From the NCBI RefSeq assembly GCF_045037415.1, contig NZ_CP173438.1: a DNA stretch of 64,000 bases; one strand, written 5' to 3'. How positions within the stretch are numbered: the stretch's first letter is position 1; each line of letters begins with the position of its first letter. Both the position numbers and the translations under genes were made by a program. The DNA is from Escherichia coli (GTDB taxonomy: Bacteria > Pseudomonadota > Gammaproteobacteria > Enterobacterales > Enterobacteriaceae). Of the stretch, positions 11,920 to 21,726 are shown one piece after another. Below the pieces are notes generated by a model. It did no database searches, was not told where the DNA came from, and saw only the letters and a list, made by a program, of their open reading frames with translations.

Positions 11920-12383
11920 GTCAGGTGATCCTCGATTTACAACTGGCATGTGAAGATAATTCCGGGTTACCGGAAGAGAGCCAGTTTCAGACATGGCTGA
12001 ATGCGGTGATCCCGCAGTTTCAGGAAGAATCGGAAGTGACTATTCGCGTGGTCGATACCGCCGAAAGCCACAGTCTGAATCTGACCTATCGCGGTAAGGA
12101 TAAGCCGACCAACGTGCTCTCCTTCCCGTTTGAAGTGCCGCCTGGCATGGAAATGTCGCTACTGGGCGATCTGGTTATCTGCCGTCAGGTGGTTGAGAAG
12201 GAAGCTCAGGAGCAAGGCAAACCACTGGAGGCGCACTGGGCGCATATGGTGGTGCACGGCAGTCTGCATTTGTTAGGTTACGATCACATCGAAGATGACG
12301 AAGCAGAAGAAATGGAAGCCATCGAAACAGAGATTATGCTTGCTCTGGGCTATGAGGATCCGTACATTGCCGAGAAAGAATAA
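11916..12383 (+). CDS. ybeY: endoribonuclease YbeY (16S rRNA 3'-end maturation)
   Basis: 155-aa ORF with metallo-hydrolase motif [11 protein letters not shown]; start overlaps ybeZ stop (ATGA). Confidence 0.95.
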   Translation: MSQVILDLQLACEDNSGLPEESQFQTWLNAVIPQFQEESEVTIRVVDTAESHSLNLTYRGKDKPTNVLSFPFEVPPGMEMSLLGDLVICRQVVEKEAQEQGKPLEAHWAHMVVHGSLHLLGYDHIEDDEAEEMEAIETEIMLALGYEDPYIAEKE

Positions 12384-12472
12384 TTTGCCAGGCATTTGAC
12401 TGGCAGACGTCCCCGCCGTTGGTGATTAACGACGGCGTTTTGATTAACTAACATGAGAACCCATACGACGCC

Positions 12473-13352
12473 ATGAGCGACGACAATTCACACAGTAGTG
12501 ACACGATAAGCAACAAGAAGGGATTTTTCTCCCTGTTACTCAGCCAACTTTTCCACGGTGAACCGAAAAACCGTGACGAACTGCTGGCGCTGATCCGTGA
12601 TTCCGGGCAGAACGACCTTATCGACGAAGATACGCGCGATATGCTCGAAGGGGTGATGGACATCGCAGACCAACGCGTTCGCGACATCATGATCCCCCGC
12701 TCCCAGATGATTACCCTGAAACGCAACCAGACGCTGGACGAATGCCTTGATGTCATCATCGAGTCCGCCCACTCACGTTTCCCGGTGATTAGCGAAGACA
12801 AAGATCACATTGAAGGGATTCTGATGGCGAAAGACTTGCTGCCGTTTATGCGCAGCGATGCTGAAGCCTTCAGCATGGACAAAGTGTTACGTCAGGCGGT
12901 TGTCGTTCCTGAAAGTAAGCGCGTAGACCGGATGCTGAAAGAGTTTCGCTCTCAGCGTTACCACATGGCGATCGTCATTGACGAATTCGGTGGGGTTTCC
13001 GGTTCTCGTGACCATTGAAGACATCCTGGAACTGATTGTTGGTGAGATTGAAGACGAGTATGACGAAGAAGATGATATCGACTTCCGTCAGCTGAGTCGT
13101 CATACCTGGACCGTGCGCGCACTGGCTTCTATTGAAGACTTCAACGAAGCGTTCGGCACCCACTTTAGCGATGAAGAGGTTGACACTATCGGTGGTCTGG
13201 TGATGCAGGCATTTGGGCATCTTCCGGCGCGTGGCGAAACCATCGACATCGACGGTTACCAGTTCAAAGTGGCGATGGCCGACAGTCGGCGTATTATTCA
13301 GGTTCATGTCAAAATCCCGGATGACTCACCCCAGCCGAAGCTGGATGAATAA
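12473..13352 (+). pseudogene. corC: corC/ybeX (CBS-domain Mg/Co efflux-associated protein) disrupted by a +1 frameshift near 13003
   Basis: Two ORFs (12473-13018, 181 aa; 12978-13352, 124 aa) together cover the 292-aa CorC sequence; the span is 880 nt (not a multiple of 3); frame changes after ...DEFGGVSG at ggTTctc. Confidence 0.75.
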
Positions 13353-13376
13353 AACCGAAACTGGATAGATAACTAC

Positions 13377-14915
13377 ATGGCTTTTGCCTCATTAATTGAA
13401 CGCCAGCGCATTCGCCTGCTGCTGGCGTTATTATTCGGTGCCTGCGGAACGCTGGCCTTCTCTCCTTACGACGTCTGGCCTGCGGCGATTATTTCGCTGA
13501 TGGGACTTCAGGCGCTGACCTTTAACCGCCGTCCACTCCAGTCTACCGCTATTGGCTTTTGCTGGGGATTTGGCCTCTTTGGCAGCGGTATTAACTGGGT
13601 CTATGTCAGCATCGCGACCTTTGGCGGAATGCCTGGCCCGGTTAACATCTTCCTGGTGGTACTGCTGGCGGCGTATTTGTCGCTGTATACCGGACTGTTT
13701 GCTGGCGTGCTGTCGCGTCTGTGGCCGAAAACCACCTGGCTGCGCGTGGCGATTGCCGCCCCTGCTCTCTGGCAAGTGACCGAGTTTCTGCGCGGTTGGG
13801 TACTTACAGGCTTCCCGTGGTTACAGTTCGGCTATAGCCAGATTGATGGCCCGTTAAAAGGGCTGGCACCGATAATGGGCGTGGAAGCCATTAACTTCCT
13901 GCTGATGATGGTTAGTGGCCTGCTGGCACTGGCGTTGGTCAAACGCAACTGGCGTCCGCTGGTGGTGGCCGTCGTGCTGTTTGCCCTTCCCTTCCCGCTG
14001 CGTTACGTCCAGTGGTTTACCCCGCAACCGGAGAAAACCATTCAGGTTTCGATGGTTCAGGGCAATATTCCGCAATCGCTGAAATGGGACGAAGGCCAGC
14101 TTCTTAATACGCTGAAGATTTACTACAACGCAACGGCACCGCTGATGGGCAAATCATCGCTGATTATCTGGCCGGAGTCGGCGATAACCGATCTGGAAAT
14201 TAATCAGCAACCGTTCCTCAAAGCTCTGGACGGTGAGTTGCGCGATAAAGGTAGCTCGCTGATCACCGGGATTGTCGACGCGCGTCTCAATAAACAGAAC
14301 CGCTACGATACCTACAACACCATCATCACACTGGGTAAAGGCGCACCGTACAGCTATGAATCAGCCGATCGCTATAACAAAAACCATCTGGTGCCGTTTG
14401 GCGAGTTTGTCCCACTGGAGTCGATTCTGCGTCCATTAGCACCGTTCTTTGATTTGCCGATGTCGTCATTCAGCCGCGGACCATATATTCAGCCACCGCT
14501 GTCGTTGAATGGCATTCAACTTACTGCGGCCATTTGCTACGAAATCATTCTCGGCGAGCAAGTGCGCGATAACTTCCGCCCGGATACCGACTATCTGCTG
14601 ACTATCTCCAACGATGCGTGGTTTGGTAAGTCTATTGGTCCATGGCAGCACTTCCAGATGGCGCGAATGCGTGCGCTGGAGCTGGCGCGCCCACTGTTGC
14701 GCAGCACCAACAACGGCATTACGGCGGTGATTGGCCCGCAGGGTGAGATTCAGGCGATGATCCCGCAGTTCACCCGCGAGGTGTTAACCACTAACGTAAC
14801 GCCGACCACCGGACTCACCCCGTACTCACGTACCGGCAACTGGCCACTGTGGGTGCTGACGGCACTGTTTGGCTTTGCCGCTGTACTGATGAGTCTGCGT
14901 GCTCGCAAACGTTAA
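13377..14915 (+). CDS. lnt: apolipoprotein N-acyltransferase
   Basis: 512-aa ORF, N-terminal TM segments then C-N hydrolase domain. Confidence 0.96.
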   Translation: MAFASLIERQRIRLLLALLFGACGTLAFSPYDVWPAAIISLMGLQALTFNRRPLQSTAIGFCWGFGLFGSGINWVYVSIATFGGMPGPVNIFLVVLLAAYLSLYTGLFAGVLSRLWPKTTWLRVAIAAPALWQVTEFLRGWVLTGFPWLQFGYSQIDGPLKGLAPIMGVEAINFLLMMVSGLLALALVKRNWRPLVVAVVLFALPFPLRYVQWFTPQPEKTIQVSMVQGNIPQSLKWDEGQLLNTLKIYYNATAPLMGKSSLIIWPESAITDLEINQQPFLKALDGELRDKGSSLITGIVDARLNKQNRYDTYNTIITLGKGAPYSYESADRYNKNHLVPFGEFVPLESILRPLAPFFDLPMSSFSRGPYIQPPLSLNGIQLTAAICYEIILGEQVRDNFRPDTDYLLTISNDAWFGKSIGPWQHFQMARMRALELARPLLRSTNNGITAVIGPQGEIQAMIPQFTREVLTTNVTPTTGLTPYSRTGNWPLWVLTALFGFAAVLMSLRARKR

Positions 14916-14916
14916 T

Positions 14917-14950
14917 GTGCCTGATGCGCGACGCTTATCAGGCCTACGCG
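14917..14950. repeat. REP element
   Basis: tgcctgatgcgcgacgcttatcaggcctacg matches REP consensus palindrome. Confidence 0.6.
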
Positions 14951-15013
14951 ATTTTTGCAATATGTTGAATTTTCGCGATTTTGTAGGATAAAGCGTACTT
15001 TTTCAACACGCTC

Positions 15014-15039
15014 TGGGGCATGATTATCATGCCCTTTTT
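15014..15039 (+). terminator. rho-independent terminator after lnt
   Basis: ggggcatgattatcatgccc hairpin followed by TTTTTT; the stop codon of the convergent 625-aa gene abuts it. Confidence 0.7.
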
Positions 15040-15041
15040 TC

Positions 15042-16919
15042 TTACGGTTCAGGGATACAAGCCACATCGCCATATTGGGGATGCCGAATAATTGCCTGCG
15101 GATCAAGTGAACTTTCTCTGTCCAGTTGTATTAGCCCGTTCTTCGCCATAACAAATATCTTTCTACCATCCGCTGAAAAACGAAGATGATTCACGTAGCT
15201 GGCAGGATAAACGCCAATAATCTGCCCGGCATTAATATTGAGCAGGATGACATAACCTTGCAGGCCATATGACACCAACGCTAAATATTGACCGTCCGGG
15301 CTAATACCCTCAACGGAATAAACGCTCCTGCTACACCATTGCGTCATAATGCTGGCTTGTTGATCCTCAGCTCTTATACGTGAAATCCCCTGGCTATCGG
15401 CAAAAATAATCTCACCATTTTTTGGTCGGAATCCCATCGCAGAAACGACACCACGCGCATCACCTGCGGGAAAGTCTTCTTTCTGATGCGTGATGGTATT
15501 GATCCGCACGATGTTACCTCTGCCTGCTCCCGGAACCAGTAATGTTTTTTCATCCGGGGAAAGTGCCATAACCCAGGCGCCTGGTTTACCGCTCATCCCC
15601 GTCCCGTCGTATTTCTCCAGCGGGATATCCGCCACATGCTGATAAGCCACCAGATCAATCGCTGACACACTATTACTGGTGCGATTCATCACCCAGGCTT
15701 TTGTGCCATCACGCGAGAGGATAAGGCTGTCAGGATGTGCGCCGGTGGTAATCGACTGAATAATCTCCCCCGTTGCCACGTTAATGACCGATAATGCATT
15801 CGCTTCAAATGAAGTCGCATACAGCAACGTTTCATCCGGGCTTAGCGCCAGCGACCTGACGCCCTGATCTTTACAGCCACCACAATGTTTGACTGACTTT
15901 TCTTTCGCTATGGGGGCTGTAAAGGTATGCAGGATTTTCTTTTGTCCGAGGTCGAAAACAACAATGCTGTTCGTGTTTTCAATTGCGGCATACAACGTAT
16001 TAGCATCCCGACTGATCGCCATATCATGGATATCGGCAATCTCAGCGAGTAAATCACCACTGGCCTGCTCACGACTTACCGGAGCGGATAATGTTTCCCT
16101 GAGGGCGTTGCGCTCCTCCACTAACTGCTGCTTTTTTTGTCGTCGCTCTTGTTCAATCTCCTGCGGATAAAACGCTTCACGCAGGCTTTGCCTGACCTGT
16201 AAAACTGATTCATCAATCTGCTGCTGCACAAGCCAGATAGTCCCGGTCAGAAGAAGAGTGACCGCAACAATAATCCCGCCTTCCGTAACGAGCCGATTTT
16301 GCCCAACTAAACGCGCACTCAGCCAACCCAACGCGCCCCCCGCAATCAGGCCGCCAATGTGGCAAGCGTTATCTATTCCTGTTTGCCGGGTACCATACAA
16401 CAGTGTCAGCGCCACCATACCCAACAGAGGAAATACTCGCCGCTGGTTTTTATGGTGTGTGCCCGCACCTGAAGCAAGCTGTGTTGCTATCGCAGCGCCC
16501 GCTATTCCCATAATTGCCCCGGATGCCCCAACGCTGATGACTATCTGCTCACTTTCGCGTAACGCATAACAGGCGCTGATCAGCCCACCAAAGATGCCGG
16601 AGAATAACCAGATAATCAGGAGTCGCCATTTCCCCAGTATCCGTTCCGCCACTGTCCCCACCACCAGGAGTGCAAACATATTCATCAGCAAATGGGAAAA
16701 ACTACTGTGCAGAAAAACACTGCTCAATAAGCGCCAGGATTCATCCGACAACGTGAGAGAAGCAACGTTAGCGCCGAGATGGATGAGTGCGGATTGATCG
16801 ACTTCTTCGTAACTCATCCATTGTGCGAGGTAACAAAATATCCCAACACAGAGCGCAAAAAGGATCAGGGTTATTGCGGGTAATTGAACATTTAACGGCT
16901 TAACCGAAGATGCAGACAT
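15042..16919 (-). CDS. rhomboid-family intramembrane serine protease fused to a C-terminal seven-bladed beta-propeller (YVTN/YncE-like), 625 aa
   Basis: N-terminal ~230 aa: 7 predicted TM helices with rhomboid signatures (TM2 FLHSSFSHLLMNMF, catalytic GASGAIMG, catalytic His in ACHIGGLIAGG). Then a charged coiled-coil-like linker (QEIEQERRQKKQQLVEERNALRE) and ~350 aa of repeated beta-strand blades. Good RBS (AAGGAAG). Confidence 0.8.
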   Translation of the reverse strand: MSASSVKPLNVQLPAITLILFALCVGIFCYLAQWMSYEEVDQSALIHLGANVASLTLSDESWRLLSSVFLHSSFSHLLMNMFALLVVGTVAERILGKWRLLIIWLFSGIFGGLISACYALRESEQIVISVGASGAIMGIAGAAIATQLASGAGTHHKNQRRVFPLLGMVALTLLYGTRQTGIDNACHIGGLIAGGALGWLSARLVGQNRLVTEGGIIVAVTLLLTGTIWLVQQQIDESVLQVRQSLREAFYPQEIEQERRQKKQQLVEERNALRETLSAPVSREQASGDLLAEIADIHDMAISRDANTLYAAIENTNSIVVFDLGQKKILHTFTAPIAKEKSVKHCGGCKDQGVRSLALSPDETLLYATSFEANALSVINVATGEIIQSITTGAHPDSLILSRDGTKAWVMNRTSNSVSAIDLVAYQHVADIPLEKYDGTGMSGKPGAWVMALSPDEKTLLVPGAGRGNIVRINTITHQKEDFPAGDARGVVSAMGFRPKNGEIIFADSQGISRIRAEDQQASIMTQWCSRSVYSVEGISPDGQYLALVSYGLQGYVILLNINAGQIIGVYPASYVNHLRFSADGRKIFVMAKNGLIQLDRESSLDPQAIIRHPQYGDVACIPEP

Positions 16920-17372
16920 AAGGTGATTCTTCCTTGAAAAGACTAGTAAAAAGCATTTTCCCGTGTGTAGTTATCATCCCGGCAAACGTCCCACACCGAA
17001 AAGTTAACACTGTCCGAAATATGACTTTTTCAAACTGAAATTACAATCGTAATTAATTCACCCCTAAGTATTTTTTGGCATGTAAGTTGCTTTATTTACT
17101 GTGTAAGCAATGAAATCAGCCGCAACGCAACCGGGTTGCACCACCACAAATCAGCGGTAGCACCAAAAAGGTGCGGTTTAAGAATTTTGCTTCGGAATGG
17201 TGCGGCGCACCTCGCAAAAACAAACAATAAAACAGCAATATCTTTACATTTATCCAAACTAAATGTTACCTAACAAGCACAACACTGCACAATAAAGTCG
17301 CAGATGATAACAACACAAACACTCACAACGGGTATCCATGCGTTTTTAACGCAGAAGATAAAGGAGTTGGAT

Positions 17373-18281
17373 ATGCAATTACGTAAACCTGCCACAGCAA
17401 TCCTGGCCCTGGCGCTTTCCGCAGGACTGGCACAGGCAGATGACGCCGCCCCGGCAGCTGGCAATACGCTGGACAAAATCGCCAAAAACGGCGTGATTGT
17501 CGTCGGTCACCGTGAATCTTCAGTACCTTTCTCTTATTACGACAATCAGCAAAAAGTGGTGGGCTACTCGCAGGATTACTCCAACGCCATTGTTGAAGCA
17601 GTGAAAAAGAAACTCAACAAACCAGACTTACAGGTGAAATTGATTCCGATCACCTCACAAAACCGTATTCCACTGCTGCAAAACGGCACTTTCGATTTTG
17701 AATGCGGTTCTACCACCAACAATGCCGAACGCCAAAAACAGGCGGCTTTCTCTAACACTATTTTCGTGGTCGGTACGCGCCTGCTGACCAAAAAGGGCGG
17801 TGATATCAAAGATTTTGCCGACCTGAAAGGCAAAGCCGTAGTCGTCACTTCCGGCACCACCTCTGAAGTTTTGCTCAACAAACTGAATGAAGAGCAAAAA
17901 ATGAATATGCGCATCATCAGCGCCAAAGATCACGGTGACTCTTTCCGTACCCTGGAAAGCGGTCGTGCCGTTGCCTTTATGATGGATGATGCTCTGCTGG
18001 CCGGTGAACGTGCGAAAGCGAAGAAACCAGACAACTGGGAAATCGTCGGCAAGCCGCAGTCTCAGGAAGCCTATGGTTGCATGTTGCGTAAAGACGATCC
18101 GCAGTTCAAAAAGCTGATGGATGATACCATCGCTCAGGTGCAGACCTCCGGTGAAGCGGAAAAATGGTTTGATAAGTGGTTCAAAAATCCAATTCCGCCG
18201 AAAAACCTGAACATGAATTTCGAACTGTCAGACGAAATGAAAGCACTGTTCAAAGAACCGAATGACAAGGCACTGAACTAA
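17373..18281 (+). CDS. gltI: glutamate/aspartate ABC transporter periplasmic binding protein
   Basis: ORF track 17304-18281; true start at MQLRKPATAILALALSAGLAQA (signal peptide) preceded by AAGGAG; 302 aa. Confidence 0.95.
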   Translation: MQLRKPATAILALALSAGLAQADDAAPAAGNTLDKIAKNGVIVVGHRESSVPFSYYDNQQKVVGYSQDYSNAIVEAVKKKLNKPDLQVKLIPITSQNRIPLLQNGTFDFECGSTTNNAERQKQAAFSNTIFVVGTRLLTKKGGDIKDFADLKGKAVVVTSGTTSEVLLNKLNEEQKMNMRIISAKDHGDSFRTLESGRAVAFMMDDALLAGERAKAKKPDNWEIVGKPQSQEAYGCMLRKDDPQFKKLMDDTIAQVQTSGEAEKWFDKWFKNPIPPKNLNMNFELSDEMKALFKEPNDKALN

Positions 18282-18437
18282 TTACAAGAACCAGGGGCGG
18301 AAATTCCAGCCCTCTCGATTGTTACGTAGCACGGACAGACTATACGCCTGGTGGTCGTTCCCCATCGGGCCTGAAAACCGCAATACGCTGGGTAACAATC
18401 TTCGAGGGTAGCAGTTAACGCTGCTACCCTCTTTTTT
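18280..18437 (+). ncRNA. sroC: SroC sRNA (processed from the gltI 3' end / gltI-gltJ spacer)
   Basis: 169-bp gltI-gltJ spacer ending in hairpin gagggtagcagttaacgctgctaccctc plus TTTTTT (18404-18437); SroC is known to derive from this spacer. 5' end not determinable from sequence. Confidence 0.5.
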
Positions 18438-18450
18438 CTGGAGTAGATTT

Positions 18451-19191
18451 ATGTCTATAGACTGGAACTGGGGTATTTTTTTACAACAAGCCCCGTTCGG
18501 CAACACCACCTATCTTGGTTGGATCTGGAGTGGCTTTCAGGTGACGATCGCTTTGTCGATCTGCGCCTGGATTATCGCTTTCCTCGTCGGTTCATTTTTC
18601 GGCATTTTACGTACCGTTCCAAACCGTTTTCTCTCCGGTCTGGGTACGTTGTATGTCGAACTGTTCCGCAACGTGCCGTTGATTGTGCAATTCTTTACCT
18701 GGTACCTAGTGATCCCGGAGCTGCTGCCAGAGAAAATCGGCATGTGGTTTAAGGCAGAGCTGGATCCCAATATTCAGTTTTTCCTTTCATCCATGCTCTG
18801 CCTGGGGCTGTTTACCGCCGCCCGTGTTTGCGAACAGGTACGCGCAGCTATTCAGTCGCTGCCGCGTGGGCAAAAAAATGCCGCGCTGGCGATGGGTCTG
18901 ACGCTACCGCAGGCTTACCGCTACGTACTGCTGCCTAATGCTTATCGCGTTATCGTCCCGCCGATGACCTCAGAGATGATGAACCTGGTGAAAAACTCCG
19001 CCATCGCCTCGACTATCGGTCTGGTGGATATGGCGGCGCAGGCGGGTAAATTGCTCGATTACTCGGCCCACGCCTGGGAGTCGTTTACCGCCATCACGCT
19101 GGCGTATGTATTGATTAACGCTTTTATCATGCTGGTGATGACGCTGGTTGAACGTAAAGTTCGCCTGCCCGGCAACATGGGGGGCAAATAA
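18451..19191 (+). CDS. gltJ: glutamate/aspartate ABC transporter permease
   Basis: 246-aa polytopic ORF; synteny. Confidence 0.95.
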
Positions 19192-19865
19192 TGTACGAGT
19201 TTGACTGGAGTTCCATTGTTCCTTCCCTGCCATATCTGCTCGACGGGCTGGTGATCACGCTGAAAATCACCGTCACGGCAGTGGTGATTGGTATTTTGTG
19301 GGGCACCATGCTGGCGGTGATGCGCTTGTCCAGCTTTGCGCCCGTAGCGTGGTTTGCCAAAGCCTACGTTAACGTATTCCGCTCGATTCCTTTAGTTATG
19401 GTTTTGCTGTGGTTTTACCTGATCGTACCGGGTTTTCTGCAAAACGTGCTGGGATTATCACCCAAAAATGATATCCGTTTAATTTCGGCGATGGTGGCGT
19501 TTTCGATGTTTGAAGCGGCCTACTATTCAGAGATTATCCGTGCTGGTATTCAAAGTATTTCTCGTGGTCAGTCGAGCGCCGCGCTGGCGTTGGGAATGAC
19601 TCACTGGCAGTCGATGAAACTGATTATTCTGCCGCAGGCGTTCCGCGCGATGGTGCCGCTGTTGCTCACTCAGGGCATCGTACTGTTTCAGGATACCTCA
19701 CTGGTGTATGTGTTATCTCTGGCCGATTTCTTCCGTACCGCCTCAACCATTGGTGAGCGTGATGGTACGCAGGTTGAGATGATCCTGTTTGCCGGATTTG
19801 TTTATTTCGTTATTAGCCTTAGCGCGTCGTTGTTGGTCAGCTACTTGAAAAGAAGGACAGCATAA
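19191..19865 (+). CDS. gltK: glutamate/aspartate ABC transporter permease
   Basis: 224-aa ORF, start overlaps gltJ stop. Confidence 0.95.
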
Positions 19866-20590
19866 TGATTACCCTGAAAAATGTTTCAAAATGGTATGGT
19901 CACTTTCAGGTGCTGACCGACTGCTCAACCGAAGTGAAAAAAGGCGAAGTTGTGGTGGTTTGCGGCCCGTCTGGTTCCGGCAAATCAACGCTGATTAAAA
20001 CCGTCAACGGCCTCGAACCGGTGCAGCAAGGTGAAATCACCGTCGATGGCATCGTGGTTAACGACAAGAAAACCGATCTGGCGAAACTGCGTTCCCGCGT
20101 CGGGATGGTGTTTCAGCATTTCGAGCTGTTCCCCCATCTGTCGATTATCGAAAACCTGACCCTGGCGCAGGTGAAAGTGCTTAAACGCAATAAAGCGCCG
20201 GCTCGTGAAAAAGCATTGAAATTGCTGGAGCGCGTCGGGCTTTCCGCACATGCCAATAAGTTTCCGGCGCAGCTTTCCGGCGGCCAGCAGCAGCGTGTGG
20301 CGATCGCTCGCGCATTGTGCATGGATCCTATTGCCATGCTGTTCGACGAACCAACGTCGGCGCTGGATCCGGAGATGATCAACGAAGTGCTGGACGTGAT
20401 GGTCGAACTGGCGAACGAAGGAATGACGATGATGGTGGTGACCCACGAAATGGGCTTTGCCCGTAAAGTGGCGAATCGGGTGATCTTTATGGACGAGGGT
20501 AAAATTATCGAAGACTCGCCGAAAGACGCTTTCTTCGATAATCCGAAATCGGACCGCGCAAAAGACTTCCTCGCAAAAATCCTGCATTAA
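19865..20590 (+). CDS. gltL: glutamate/aspartate ABC transporter ATP-binding protein
   Basis: 241-aa ORF with Walker [10 protein letters not shown] and ABC signature LSGGQQQR. Confidence 0.96.
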   Translation: MITLKNVSKWYGHFQVLTDCSTEVKKGEVVVVCGPSGSGKSTLIKTVNGLEPVQQGEITVDGIVVNDKKTDLAKLRSRVGMVFQHFELFPHLSIIENLTLAQVKVLKRNKAPAREKALKLLERVGLSAHANKFPAQLSGGQQQRVAIARALCMDPIAMLFDEPTSALDPEMINEVLDVMVELANEGMTMMVVTHEMGFARKVANRVIFMDEGKIIEDSPKDAFFDNPKSDRAKDFLAKILH

Positions 20591-20707
20591 TCACTCTGGC
20601 GCGCATACTCAATTGCGCGCCATCTCACGCTTTCTCGTTTCGTCCCTCGTATCTGTTACATCCCGGCGTTACCCTTGTCGCAAAGAAACACACAACAAGG
20701 AGCAACA

Positions 20708-21643
20708 ATGGCACTGCCAATTCTGTTAGATTGCGACCCAGGTCATGACGACGCTATCGCAATAGTTCTCGCCCTCGCCTCACCAGAGCTTGATGTCAAA
20801 GCAATTACGTCTTCCGCCGGAAACCAGACACCAGAAAAAACCTTACGCAATGTTCTGCGTATGCTGACCTTGCTTAATCGCACCGATATTCCGGTAGCAA
20901 GCGGTGCGGTAAAACCGTTAATGCGTAATTTGATTATTGCGGACAACGTGCACGGCGAAAGCGGCCTGGACGGCCCGGCATTGCCGGAACCGGCATTTGC
21001 ACCGCAAAACTGCACGGCAGTGGAGCTGATGGCGAAAACGCTGCGTGAAAGTGCGGAACCTGTCACCATTGTTTCTACCGGACCGCAAACTAACGTTGCC
21101 TTGCTGCTCAATAGCCACCCGGAACTGCATAGCAAAATTGCCCGTATCGTGATTATGGGCGGCGCAATGGGGCTTGGTAACTGGACGCCTGCGGCTGAAT
21201 TTAATATTTACGTTGACCCGGAAGCGGCAGAAATTGTCTTCCAGTCAGGAATTCCGGTGGTGATGGCCGGTCTGGATGTTACTCACAAAGCACAAATCCA
21301 CGTTGAAGACACTGAGCGTTTCCGCGCGATTGGCAACCCTGTTTCAACCATTGTTGCCGAACTGCTGGATTTCTTCCTCGAATATCACAAAGACGAAAAA
21401 TGGGGCTTTGTCGGCGCACCACTGCATGACCCATGCACCATCGCCTGGCTGTTGAAACCGGAGTTGTTTACCACTGTTGAGCGCTGGGTTGGCGTGGAAA
21501 CACAAGGGAAATATACCCAGGGTATGACAGTTGTTGATTATTATTATCTGACTGGCAATAAACCGAATGCCACCGTAATGGTCGATGTTGATCGTCAGGG
21601 CTTTGTTGATTTACTGGCTGATCGTCTGAAATTTTACGCTTAA
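20708..21643 (+). CDS. rihA: pyrimidine-specific ribonucleoside hydrolase
   Basis: ORF track 20675-21643; start at [15 protein letters not shown] (nucleoside hydrolase DxDxxxDD motif), 311 aa. Confidence 0.94.
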   Translation: MALPILLDCDPGHDDAIAIVLALASPELDVKAITSSAGNQTPEKTLRNVLRMLTLLNRTDIPVASGAVKPLMRNLIIADNVHGESGLDGPALPEPAFAPQNCTAVELMAKTLRESAEPVTIVSTGPQTNVALLLNSHPELHSKIARIVIMGGAMGLGNWTPAAEFNIYVDPEAAEIVFQSGIPVVMAGLDVTHKAQIHVEDTERFRAIGNPVSTIVAELLDFFLEYHKDEKWGFVGAPLHDPCTIAWLLKPELFTTVERWVGVETQGKYTQGMTVVDYYYLTGNKPNATVMVDVDRQGFVDLLADRLKFYA

Positions 21644-21726
21644 CATACGTCATTGATTAAGATCACCACGCATTACCTGGGTGGTCTTAATCTGGTTATC
21701 TCTTTTTCTTTCAAGATATAAATGCA

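Noticed and set aside
15042-16919. The 625-aa gene as a mobile-element cargo or part of an IS
   Set aside because: No inverted repeats, target-site duplication or transposase nearby; it is a single gene bounded by the lnt terminator and the gltI control region.
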